Shown: positions 12,184-26,000 of the stretch, piece by piece | Layout of the letters: the number at the start of each line of letters is the position of its first letter | Numbering within the stretch: the stretch's first letter is position 1 | Made by a program: the position numbers and the translations under genes | The notes under the pieces: generated by a model | Databases searched by the model: none | What the model was told of the DNA's origin: nothing | The model's input: only the letters and a program-made list of their open reading frames with translations | Assembly: GCA_040954595.2 (NCBI GenBank) | Contig: CM082593.2 | Coordinates: forward strand, 1,436,901 to 1,500,900 | Direction of reading: 5' to 3' | DNA: 64,000 bases | DNA from: Balanoglossus misakiensis | Taxonomy: Eukaryota; Animalia; Hemichordata

Positions 12184-12375
12184 CTGTAAAACACTTTATT
12201 TTCGCGAGCAATTAATTTTCGCCAAATACGCGAGAGCCGAAATAGCGTGAAAATAAAAAGTTGCGTAAATTGTTTTTGAAGATAACTATGCAGTGAATGA
12301 AATAAGAGAACGCGAAACAGTGGCCTCTCTCGATATCGCGAAAATTCTAACTCGCGAAAATAAAGTGTTTTACAG
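12184..12375. mobile_element. MITE with perfect terminal inverted repeats and TA target-site duplication (Tc1/mariner-pogo type)
   Basis: TA-CTGTAAAACACTTTATTTTCGCGAG ... CTCGCGAAAATAAAGTGTTTTACAG-TA: a perfect 25-bp TIR plus flanking TA, with internal CGCGAAA subterminal repeats and no coding capacity. Confidence 0.88.
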
Positions 12376-15300
12376 TATACTCCCCCGCCCTGTCAATCGC
12401 TCCCTTCTTATAGGATTACACAAAGTCAGACAAGGTTATTTTAGAGAACTGGTCCTCATGCAGTTTATCAATGGAATATTACACGTTGATTTTAAAATTC
12501 TCCAAGGCCTGTGACTCTGCTGAAATGCAATTTTGAATCAGATCAAGAATGCAACTCGTACAAGACGAAAACGTCAGTGAAGCGAGACAATCACATGTTA
12601 TAACTTTATTAGGGAGACAACGTTATCCATCGATCTAGGTCCTCAGTGAATACACTTAACAAGATACGAAAACACTACATCACAAGCGGTAATGTAACGA
12701 AGCGAAAGAGGGGGGGGGGGGGGGCGTTGCAGAATAACATGACGCCCCATCCCGCCCCCACCCCTCGCGCCTTGTAGTGCAAGGATCGCCACTGTCGCCT
12801 AGAAATAGTTTCACTCCCTGTTGGCATCTTGCCAAGTCAAAGGGAACACTAACCTTAGCACTTGACTGCATAAAATCAGCTGAAGTCAACTTGAAGAATG
12901 CTCAGGTCAACCTATTCTTAGCATGTTAATTGTCGGCACAAAACCAAAATATCAAATGCAAGTTTGTGGGAAAGCTGTGCAAATCTTAAGAGTTAACGGC
13001 CGTGAAATAAGGTTAAGGCTGGTGTGTAAATGAGCGATAATTTTACCCACTTTATCGGGATACCCTTGATATCAATTTAAGAAGCTCCAGGACACACCAG
13101 CTGCGATGCAATCAATACCCGTAGACATGAAAAAAACTTCAAAATATAACTCTGCAATTATTTTATCAGTTTTTTCACCAAGGGCCAAATACGTGTGAAA
13201 ATTTGACGTAAAGTGGTTGTGTGTAATATGTTTGTAGTGATCTTACTTCATGTATAGACTAACACTGAAGTAAACTTAAACGGTTTGAAATATTTGAATG
13301 TCTTCTCATGTAGTGTAAGTTTCACACACTTGGTTCAATGGATACAAATGGTGATAATATGACCCTTACGAACGATGGAGAATTTTCTTGGATAAGAGAA
13401 TGTCCGCATAGGCAGGCAATGGGCCTTTGAATAGAGTTTGATTCATTTCATGTCTTTAAAAGGCTCTTTAACCCTGTAAATATAGAATGTGGGTTTATGT
13501 GAACCATTTGGGAGACAGAGAGGTCAAAATCCAGTAGCTAATGATGCCCCTTAAATGCCTGAAGCAAGAGGCAGGATTGCGACGAGAAATCTGATTCGTA
13601 AAATCGACCTGTAGGTACACGTATAATAGCGTGTGCGCTCGTGAGATCTGTGGTTGAGATGTGATGCTGTTTACGAGATATCAAGCTATCCATATGCGGG
13701 ATTTAACCAAATCTGTCTATTTCTATGATCTGGAGAGGTCAAGTACATTGGCATTATTTCGTTCGACAATTCAGTCTCAATGAGCTGCATTGTGGGTAGT
13801 TGTTGTTTATATAGCGTTTGTGTGTTTATTAATATCAGTTCCTGTGGCAGAATTTCGACATTAATTGGGATCTTCCCGCTGTGGAATTTGGATATTTAAA
13901 ACCATTGCCTAAACTTCCAATGAAAATCTGTGTGTTTGTCCTGTTTTTATGGGAAACATGCCCTTAGCATCCGCATATCAATAACTTTGAACTGTGCCTG
14001 CGAATCCCACACGGACTTGTGCTTTGAAAACATCTTATCTTGTGATTAAGTGGAACAAGACAGAAAGATGGAATAAATTAGCTTGAGATGAAAGCATGCT
14101 GATATCTTTAATGGATGGGTGTAGTCAGAATATCATGTATTGGTTGTTAGAAGGTGGTGTAAGCGGGAAGGGCGTTGAACTGTTGAAACCAGATACTGTG
14201 TCGTTCATTCTAAGATAATTCGGATTGAGGTAGTTTTCATGCGTGCATTGAGCAGCCCATGTATGTGGTACACATCGCTGTCAATATCCTTGACTACGAA
14301 TACTAGCATTCTAAATTAACATGGAGTGTCCTTTTCAAAAGCGTGGATATGTTATACCAAGTTCTTTATGACAATTATCACCTAAAAGTATTCATTACTT
14401 AAGCCGATGCAAGCAATATATTGCTGTTTTCTGAAGCACAGTTCACACAAAACGCTCTCAATTCCGCTTTAACAAAGACTTGAAATGAACTCATAAACGT
14501 TAGTTCATTCGGACTTAATACACGGGTATGCATGTTGTATGCATGTAACTAGAAGCCCCAGTAACGTAGTATATATGCCCCGACTTAATGCGTCGGTCTC
14601 CAAGGTAACGAGATGAACACCTGATGTGAGGAATCGACGTTTTCACACTTGTTCATGGTTTTATCAGTTCTTTATTTCGAAATAATTTTGACGTCGAATT
14701 TCTTTTTCGTACATCACACTTTAATAATTTAGAACCAATATGCCGCCATCATTTTATGAGCTTCAGAAAATTGATTATTAAGGCAACACAAAGCTGTCGG
14801 CCAGGACATGATCACCAACGGTCTTGCATTTGCAGAAGCCAGTTTTAGACATAGAAGCTTTCAAAATAAACTTGGTGCTCGGGGTTGGGAGCAATTTGAG
14901 TTGACTGTTCACTGTTTAAATAATTTCCCAAGTCCATCCAGTCCTTGGGAAAAACGGGTTTAGCGAACCAGCCACGAATTGATGATATCCACAGGTATAT
15001 CTTTTGAAATAAAATAAACCATAAAAGAAGGGCGTCTTTTCAGCCGACCTCATTTAATTTTATGTTCATGAATTAATAAATCACGAAGGCCTGGGGATAG
15101 TACGCGTATATAATGAAACTCAATTTTGCAGAAATAAAGAAATGACTTTTTGTATGAAGCGTGTAATCTACTGTCAGAGAATTATCATGTAAAAGTCAGC
15201 CTACGCATGCATAAAATTCAGGATTTAACGTCGAATGGTGGGACAGACGTGCAGTAGAAATCCCGTGTGCAATCTGCCCCGTGGAAAGCCCTACCAACGC

Positions 15301-16697
15301 TGTTCACTTCATAAAAGGAATCGAAATCTTGTGAGGTGGGCTTTCCGTGTTCATAAAAGGAGGAAAACCCTCATGTTTTGCGGAGGTTTACTCTTTTTTA
15401 TTCGTATTGCAACTACGGATAGGTTAACAGAGAGGTTATATGAAACCTTCTCTGACTTGTAGTTTGGTTGTTGATACAGGCAGTGTTCTCGAGCATAATT
15501 TCCGCGATCATTTTCACCTCTCCAATGTCCAGAAAACGTATTCATCACAGACTGTGTCTGCCTGATGAAGGCTTTATTAACACCACATCATGGCCTCCCC
15601 TCCCCAGGGTCTGACATCATAACCATAGCAACTTGCAGGAAACATTTACACTGTTTTAAATGAGCCATGAAAAGTGGCGAAAATTGAACGTTGGGGAACA
15701 CACCATTGTGTACAAAATAAGCAATCGTTTTCACGAGGGAAAACCGCAGTTTCAAAACTCAATTAAAAGATCTTTCATGGCTGTAAGCATGTCATTAACA
15801 GAATTAATATTGTTATTATCGGGTGACAGAATCGACAACCACTGTATTGATGAGTATTGACTCTAGCAGAATGTCAGCTTTACGATCTCACAAAAGTTTA
15901 TTTATTTCACGATTCATGACTTTCATTGGAGGTGAAACTAGTAATTGAAGCAGTCATAATGGCTGCGAATGTCTAATACACAAATAACAGAGTTCTCTTC
16001 TATCTCATACAAAGCTTGATTTGGACAACTTAGCTAGCACAAGTCTCGCGAGATCTCATAGGATCATCTGTTACTGCACAGCAACTTTTAGATACTATTA
16101 ACTTCTCTGTCTAAATATCTTGAAGACAAAATCGCAGTGTGTAGAATCTGGCTTCTGGCTATAATAGAATTTCATCAGTCTGCTCCACTTACTGATCTTG
16201 GAATGTGTATGTCATGACCCGTGCCCACACAGAGATTCGATAAAACCGTTCTCTCATTTGGGTCGTGCATTTGCATCTACTTTATCCTCCGAGTTCAGAA
16301 AGTAGGAGGGCAAGAGTATTACCTTATCGAATCTATCGCATTGACAGCTGCTTCACTCTGGCATGTGTTAGTTAATAATCAAAACACGGTCCTTGTGTTG
16401 TGTCTATACGAAGTGTAATACTTCCTCATCAGAAGTATTCAGTTTCAGTTGGCCAAAAAAGTACGTTTTACTTTTGCAGATAGGGGTCAAAACACCAAAG
16501 TTGGAAATAATCCAGTCGCAACATTTAAGAACTGCAAATTAAATAAAGTATATGAAAAGTAGAGCTCAGGGCATGTTTTGTGACAACACAAACTCTGCAT
16601 AATTCTATAGGAACGTTCGGATGTTTATTAATCCTATGTAATTTATTTTTTTGACAAACTAAAGGCAAAAAACACATAACAGTAAATGTAATAGTTG

Positions 16698-16734
16698 GAA
16701 TAAAGGAAACTAGGCAGAATAAAGGAAACTAGGC
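16698..16734. repeat. Short perfect tandem duplication
   Basis: GAATAAAGGAAACTAGGC twice, 19-bp period. Confidence 0.8.
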
Positions 16735-19700
16735 GTAAAGTAAATACCTTTTACCGTTAATATTATTATCTCGGTCCATTCACTTGGGGAGTTCCATTTA
16801 TATGATACAATTATTTCATAACAGGTGAAATGCACATTCCATGTCGTGCATGATCCGATAAAGATGTGTTAATGCGAAATTCAACAACACCAGCTCTGCC
16901 GTGCGGAGTGACGTCACGTGACAGTGTGTGAAATGGGCGGTTTATGATTAAATTACTCGTGAGCGTGTGCACCTGTCGCAGATCAGAGTTAGGCGAGAGA
17001 GAAGGAGGCAAATGTTGTTGATTTGAAGGCAGTTCCTTTACCGCTACCTAAGACACTAATGGATATCCTGCGGGCGTTATGCTTCTGTGGTCGTCGATAA
17101 AATTCATGTGAAACAGCGATTTTTACACATGGTTGGGGGGATAATTTACAAACCCCAGTGCGACAGGTTTCCTCCGGGATATCGTAGGGTTGACCTCTTC
17201 ACCCTTCGTGATTCAAATAGAAAAATCTTCTGTCTTTTCTCAGCAGCTTTTTCATAACTGAGGTGCCATACCGTGCGGAATCACTCAAAATTTCACGTTA
17301 GAGACAAGGCTGACTTACAATTTTCTGGATGAAAACAAATTCTTATGAATTCGGAGATCGCTGCTATTTTCTGATTCAACGCAGCCTGTACATTAATCAT
17401 CAATGGTTGAACTTCAATCAAACCAAATCCATCTGGAAGTTGAAAGAAATTAATTCATTGTCTTGTCTTCTGCACTATCGATTTGTCTTCTGAAATGGTG
17501 TAACTTGCCTCAACCGGTTTTCAGAAATCGCGAAAAAAATATTGATGGAAACGTCGACGCTTCAAGACGTTGTCTGTGCGTCTCCCTATCAACCAAATGA
17601 CTGTACAGTACTCTAGAGTTGCATTATGTTTTCGGGATTGGGTGCACTAAGATCTGTGCATATACAAATGTTTCTAGTGTCTTTATATGACTTGATTAGA
17701 TGACCTTGGCTTGGCATGTGTTAAGATGAGAATTAAAGTCATCCCCTGCGACCAGGTGACTTTGGCATTTCATTTTTTTTGTAAAATCGTTCTCAAAAGG
17801 CTTAATGTAAATTCCAAGTATCTCAGCGTCAACGGCTCAGGTGCAGAAGAGCTTGATAAAGTTGGATTTGGGAGTGCTCCTTGTAACGATGGGTTTAAGA
17901 GGGCTTTGCACGGCCAGACGAAACGTATCGAACACCATTAAAACTGCCCTACATTAATCGTTGAGTGTCTCGAAAGTACACAGAGGAACACATATAAGAT
18001 GATTATTACATGACGAACGTAGGAGCATGCCAAAGAATCTAAGCGTTCAAGAACTAGTTCTGTCGTCGCCTATCATTCTTTGCGGATAGTCCATCAGTTG
18101 TTTATAGCTATATCAGGCTGTAGCTATATGTGTTCTTTACGCCCCCCCCCCCCCCCCCAACCACCATCCCCAGTCCCCAAACAAGCACACACTATCACCA
18201 TCGCAATATATCAGGAATTAAAACTCCATCAATCCCCTCCTTTGAATAAAGTAACAATGAAAAGTAACTGGCAATACCACTCAGGAAAAACACACCCAAG
18301 TTTATTAACTTTTACCTATTTTGAAAACCAGTCAGTTTCTGGATTGAGTAACTAAAAAACAAAAAGAGTTATCTTGTCGCCAAGGCAACAGCCTAGCCGG
18401 CAACATACAGGATGTGCGTCACTAGTGACGTAACTGAAAGAAAGCGCCATAAACAGCTAAATAACCAATTGTAAACCTCATATTTTTCAGTGCATGACTG
18501 CCAGTTTCTTATAAAATCTTTATTTACACTACACCACAATGATAAAATAGCAGTAAGGGCATCCACTACAAAAAATATACAAAAATCACCGCAATGTGAA
18601 ACATTTTAATTGCTTCTTTCCATTAAAACACACTGACCAGATTGACTACACTCAGTTGTTTATATTTAAAAGAAAAGTCACAGAAAACTTTCATTGAAAA
18701 CCGTTCCCTATAATGCAATGTTTCACGATATACATGATGAATTCTGCATGAGGTGGTTAACACGATTGGTGGGTTGTAGTGAATGAAAGTATAATCGTTC
18801 GCAACATACACGTACTTTAGTGATACTATGGCAACTTGAGTGCATGGCAACCAGTTTAGTTGAGCGTATAAAGCAAATTCTGTGTTCCAACAAATCAGTT
18901 ATACAATGCAGCCACAGAAGCCTAATCAATCTTATACGCTCACTATATCGTGTTCTGGACTGTTTGGCAAATAGAAATTGTTTGTACAAGAAGTGTGTCG
19001 CAGAAACATTCTCCGAGAAACAAACGTTGTATAGATGAAATGGAAAGCAAAGTTGGCTTTTGATTAATCGTGAAAGGAGAACAATGGTCTACACTTCATG
19101 CAAGTAAAGCATTCTCAGCGTGTTGTCAAAACTATCTAAAGATCCTTAACACAACTGCTTTTAACTGTAAATGCTATAACCAGACGAAATTTAGCATTGT
19201 AGTCGTTTCCTGGTGTCTTTTGTTGTATTGATACTCAACATGAAATGGGAAACAATGTTATGTCTTGGTCACTTTGTCGATCTTTTTATGGCATCATTCA
19301 ACATTATTCAGTCAGTTGGCGGACTTGAAATGTGTAATGATGTATTGCTACAGGAAACGTTTAAAAAGATAGAGTTTTAGACAAAGAGAAATACTCAGTC
19401 AATAGCTCTTCTCATACAAGAAAATTCCGTCTTGATTAGCGAGAGGTATCACATTGGAGTTTCCTCTTGATGTCACGGAGAAAGTGTTCCAGTAGGAGTA
19501 TATGGAACTATTGCCCTCAATTACTCCCAGTGGGATAACAATTCCGTAGTATGTCTCCCGGCGCCTTGACAGAAAAATTAACTTGGATTGTTTTATATTG
19601 TTGTGGGTGGGTTTAACAAAACAAATCGTTGGTAATATACATCATTCATGCAGTGCTTTGCCTCTGCGACTATTTGGCAATTTGCAGTTGGTATATCCAC

Positions 19701-20012
19701 CATTTGGCTGAATCGTCACCTGATGTTTGCAACACACAGACTCCACTTCTCGGTCTGTCATTTGACCATGATGGAGTTTAGGGTTTTCGAAATCTTGTAA
19801 AGTATTTTCTTGATCTTGCTTCGACCGGTTTAAAGCTCACAAACTGTTAATTATTCACCTTTTAAGTTAACCAAGCATGGCCATTGTATTTTCGGTTACC
19901 ATGGTCACACTTTGACTGGTGATAAATACAGAGCCATGGGAGCTTTGAACGTCGACATTTTCCATTCTGAACCAGAGCTTACGTACATTATTCATCACGT
20001 TGCTTCGGACGG

Positions 20013-23000
20013 TCATCCCATGGCGCTGAAAATCAAAGCCATGGTAACAGTGGAGAAAAGAACGGCAAAGACGACTAAGAGCATTCTGTCTACAATATGA
20101 GCAACTTCTTTCCACTCCTTAAGCGTGGCATTCCGTTTATCCTTGGACGCCATCCTGCGAGAAAATTGTTTCACGTGGGTTAAGATTTCGCTTATGTCGT
20201 TTTCCGACTGAGTGGATAGTACCAGCAGTTTGGGACTGTTCTTCTCCTTACTTGGGTCCTTTTTCTGTGGCTCATCACACCTTGTCCGCACACGCTTATA
20301 ATAGAAACGACTATTGTCCATGTAGAAGCAACGTTTTGATGATCTTTCCGAGTGTGAGTTGCCCATCACTGTTTCAACCCGCTTTGGACTGTCAGTGGTG
20401 TGGAAGTCTTGTGAAATCTCGCGTAAAGTCGCCAACGAAATGTCATGGCTCTCTTCGTGCTTGGGCGACTTCTGGATCCGCAAGACTCTGGCGAGAAACC
20501 CGAAGACAAATTTCCTAACCCACTGTGGAACCTCGTGATTGTATCCATCTTGAAAGTGCAAATTTAATACCCATATCGTCAACACACAGGACAGCGAGAC
20601 CAAAAGTATCATGGCCGAAAAATACAGTGCTGGTGAAAATACAGAAAAAAAAATAATGTTAGTATAATGCAGAGAATTTCTGGAGCAAACAACTAGGATC
20701 ATACAATATCAATTAGGAAAAACCCCGAGTTAAACAGCAATTTATGAGATTAACTTTGTTACACAAAATCATCATCTTTCAGGCAACTGTTTGGATGTTG
20801 ATCGCGTGAACAGTCATGAAAATGATCCATCATACTCGACCCACTCACGATCAGACCTTCCTCAAAGAAAACATTGGGGTTGGATTAACCGTGCCAGTGA
20901 CATTTATCTTCACCACATACCCCGAAAGAAATGATAAATTGATGAAGCAATAAACGTTGAAAATTCCCCAATGCACCTGTCTCTGTGCAACAAATTACTT
21001 GGTAACGTCATACTCACTGCTCCATACAAAGCCCAATTACTAATTTATCATTATATTCTTGCTATTTACAGCGTGAAGGTGTATGATGAATCTCATACTG
21101 TCCAGAGACAGTAGACCATTTTCTGAACTCCATGATACCTTGCGAGGTCTCGCGTGGCTAGACAGTTTATATGAGATCTCGCAATTAGCAGAAAATGCTG
21201 TATTGTCAGACTGACGTTTTTCCTTACTAGTATGCTAATGGAAGATGTTACCTTTCCGACCTATGCTTTCTTGCCAAATGATAGGTGAAATACCGCGCTT
21301 GCATCTGCAAATACTGTTTACTCCCTCGCAAAATGTTACTCATTTCCGACCCACAGAATGAGTACCGCGTAAAAAATAAGTATACAATTTGCCAGATTGA
21401 CTAAGCCGTTGTCAGATTCCACTTTACCGTCTCTAAGTAAAAGAGCAACGGTCGCCGCAGAAAGGAATCCAACGGCACGGAACGCTTCCTTGATTTCCCA
21501 AACGGCAGTCAACACGTGCAATAAACAAACCTGTGGCAACGCTGTCACAAGAATTAAACCCTGATAAGATGCTTGCCCATGCAGAGTCGTAAAAAAATAA
21601 TATCAAACTGACATTGGCAAGGTCACGTGTCCTCCTCAAAGACTCCTAGAAATCATTCAGCAAATCAAGTGATTGGAAACTCGCTTAATTTCTTTCCCCA
21701 CGGGGGACAGGCAATCTAATTTTGTTTAATTTGTAAAGGTGAAAGAAAGGTTGATCTCAGAGTCAGGCAATAATGACATCATCAGAACTGTTCTCCCTAA
21801 ATTATTCTTAGTTCTCGATAGCAATAGATAAGAGTATCTCCTGTCGAGTTTGTACTGTGCATCAAGGCCTGCAACAGAAAATGTGACTTACCTATTATAG
21901 GTACCTTGTCTGATGTAGGTGGAAGAGATTCTGCCAAGAACTGATGGAACACAATTAGACCCAGTAAATTGGTAATTACCATGGTAACCTTTTCACCGGA
22001 ATCGGGAGGCAAATAAAATCCAACAAGAGTGAGACAGGCAATTAAGCAATTAGGCACCAACAAATTGAAGACATAGAATAGAGGACGGCGTCTCAGGACA
22101 ACGGTGAAAGTTAGATCGGGGAAGGGTTCGATGCAGCAGCCGTAATACTCCACGTTCCGTTTGATGGGCGCCGAGTCGAGATCCCACTCCCCGTTGCTTC
22201 TGTAGTTTCCGATGTCTGCCCTCTCGCCGTCGCGGCTGATCAATTCCATCTGCCATCCGTGGTACGCCCAGGAACCGAATTTCAGGGTGCAATACTGTTT
22301 GTCGAACGGGAAATGCAACACCTCCACTTTGCAGGAACTTTTCAATATCGCTGGCGCCATCCAGAAGACGTCCCCGTTCGAAGACACAATAGCTAGAGTA
22401 TCCATCTTTATGTGGGAGAACTCTTCATCAACGCTGTCAAATAAATAAGAGCAAACACCATGAAAAAACTCTTGTGTGTGCTTTTCAAGTGACACAAGTA
22501 TTCTAAAAACGCCATTTTGAATATACATGTACTAGAAATATCATACAAATTATGTTACATACATTCACTTACAAATTGAGGTAGTAAATCAAAACAATTT
22601 GTTGAATGTTACTCACTTGTTGTATAGTACAATATCTGGCCTCCATATCGACATAGCAGGCAAACGAATTTCTTCAACACCTTGGAATTCTGACGCATTC
22701 CACGCCAGAAATTCGTCTCTCCAATTCTGTGGGTGTGGAAAAAGTGCAGTTTTTGTGTTGTGTTTCTTGTGTTTTATCACGTTGTTACTATACAATCAGA
22801 GGGTACTCGGCATAGAATTATCTAAGGAGACGAAGGCATGCAACATACATAGTCAAATCCATGCAAGAAAGGTATTCAAAGTTTTTCGAAAAGATTAAAC
22901 AGACCCTGCCCCCTCGTGTTACACCTGCCATACATCAGTCTGGTTGTGCATGTGGACAATTTGAATGGCAGTCACCGGTATATCAGACAGATGATCTCTG

Positions 23001-26000
23001 TTGTGAATAGTGCATAAAGTGTGACTACTATCAATGTGCCCTTAGATCGCATTTCATATCCAGATAATGATGAATTTGATGGCTCGGATGAGGTTCAGCT
23101 TGAATACTAATTGATTAACATTACATTACACGTTTCATTTTTCTGAACAATAAAATTTGTATTACATGAATTGAAGGTCAATATGTGTGTTAGTCTTAAT
23201 GGTGCAAAGTGTCTTCTTCATAGTTTATTCATAAATGTTCAATTTTAGACACATGATATGCAAATTACTTATATCTTGGGATAAGGTCTAAATATTCAGT
23301 GCAGCGCCATCATCTTATCTCCCAGTCCCATGGGAAGTGATGTCATCACTCTGCGACTGTGATGCATTAGTCTTTTCAATTGACAAGTGCTAGATTTACA
23401 ATTGTTATAGAAAATCTAAATGGTTTTATGAAAATTCTGACATTAAACAGGAAAGTTCGAAGGTAGAACTGATATGAAATCTATGGCGAAGTGACTCAGT
23501 TGGCATATTTCCAAGACATAGTAAATTATTTACGGAATTTCTGCCTTCATGCAAGAATAGAGAGCTCCGTCGGTAATTATTGGGGCCGCTTAATATTTCC
23601 GAAAGATGTTTAGAATATCAATCAAACATCCATCCATTTCTTATAATGGGCAAAGTTCTTCTTCGTGATTCATATGATGTACTAGTGAATGTTGGTAGGA
23701 GTTGGCATGACCTTTGACCCTATACAAACAAATGTATTCGGAAATTTGGCTTTTAGATGGGAACATATTGGGGTAAAATGTTGATAAGTTTATGTCTGAC
23801 ATTTTTTCTGAGCTTTTGCAGGCCCAGTCATGTCACATTAGAATCAATGGCCATGGGACGGACCTATGTCCTATTCGTGTGCTATTCATTATCAGATACT
23901 CCAACATGATGAAAGAGCAAATTGTTCTCTCATAAAAAGATATCACGTACACGTGTTCACGTATTGCAAATACAGGTGGTGTTTGATTTTATAGTATTCC
24001 CTCATTCTTGTTAAAGTATTAATGAATTCTCGCTTTCCACGGACTTGATTGAGGTATTCTAGGCACGTATATACAGTTTCAATTTCCTAAGGTACTATAT
24101 TACATTCTATTATGTCACAAACAACAAATGTTTATCGTGTATGTGTCGTTCCATTTATGTAAATATGTGTGATGCTTTCACCTTTTTCCTGGTTTTCCAG
24201 ACATAACGGGAATTGCCCTCTGGAGATTTTTTTCTCTCCCACACAAGAACTCTGATTACAAAATCATCAAGATTCTTCTTTCAGCAGTTTTTTTATTAAT
24301 TATATATAGACGTCAGCTTGTCACGGGAACAGTCTGAGTTGGTGAGGTGCTGGATTAAAATCATGAATATTTTATCTGTGTTTCCTGCCGGGCACTCTTC
24401 AAATTGTTGCCTGTCTGTGAATTCCACACGCGTTTCTATGCTTTGAGCGTGGTGTTTCTTTGCACCTGCGCGTACGTTGTAGATAAAATGTGTAGATCGC
24501 AATTGCATTCCATTTTGGATATTCTCCATTTAAAGTGGTTTTATGGGGCACGCAGAATTATCTAATATTAACAGCTTCCGGGAAAACAATCCCCTTTAGT
24601 TTAAGTGTCCCCATTAATACACCTGTATATGTGGGTGACTAACATATAAATTGCCACTGTTCATTTTCTCAGGTTTAAACGAGATTCTCATTAGAGGTTT
24701 ATTGTTCATGGAGATAATAATTACTTAGTATATACCGCGGTAATAATCAGAGATAATCTGTCACATTTTCTGCCAAATGTTGATATACTAATAACATAAA
24801 ATTTGCCAGGCTATCTATGATCATATAAAATGACGTCAAAAGATTGTGACTTTGTTCCATTTGCAACATTGCTCAATAATTATCTGTTTGTCTTCAGCTC
24901 CATTTCAAAACAGTGACGGCCAACAAGAGACCATATTGATTTATTTGTATGTTATTTCTTGTAATTTTCTCCTAGCAACTGCAATATTACTTTTCTATGA
25001 ACTTCCCAGGAGAACTCTTCCCTAATGAGTTTCATTTGGAAACAGCCGGCACTTTCACGTTTGTTTATGTTTATGACTAAATTATATGTTTCCTGTTCAA
25101 TGGTCTCCTATGAGTTAATCGTTCCTCTTGGGAATCGTGTATTAGTACAAAAGTAGTCAATTCGCTCAGTGCCTGGAAACACAGTGTTACAGGCAAATGA
25201 ATCATACAGTACTTGACACGTGGAGAGAAGTTATACACTAAAACTTCATGTGAGTATTAGGAATGTGCCTCTGCAAACACCTGTAAAACACTCTCACAAA
25301 AGAACTTAAGGAAACTGCAAAACAAATTGTAATAAGGAATCCCTATTAAATCGCACAACTTAAACTTATATTCCTTGCTCTAAGTGCACCCTGTACGACC
25401 TGAAGCCGGATGACATTATGAATCTGACAGGCGTCATTCAGGAAATTAGGAGACTTCTTCTTCGAAGTCATGCTGTCCTCCCTTACTACTTAGCGATAAA
25501 AAATGCCATGTTGTATTTCCCTGAATATGTCGCCACTGAAAGTGTATTAATCTATCTACAGAGCTTTTAGAAATCTCTGCGAACGCCTAATACGATTACG
25601 GCAAGGGAGCACAATAGTTAATATTAAATCATAACAGCGAAAATAAACCAAATGTAGTCTTTGGTTTTGTATCGGATATTCAAAGCCGATAATTCACATA
25701 GACGGACTTGAATATATAAGTGGAGCATTTATTTGACATTTATTAATTAGGAGTCAGGTGCATTGTGGATTCCACGAAGCACATCGAATTGATTGTGGAT
25801 GCGAGGTCTGTTGGGTGTTGAAGTATTTTCACGAATTGTATGACTGCGGCAGTTTGATCACCTTGTTACCTCATTCGTGATATACAATCCAATTGATAAT
25901 GTGTCATATAGAATAAGATTTATTTCAGTAGTTCAAGGGTCAAACACATACACACACAGATAAAATAACTTTGCTGATACCTAGAGCCAATGTGTGTTTC

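Noticed and set aside
17711-17941. ORF with three KR sites
   Set aside because: No signal peptide or repeated peptide motif; likely chance.
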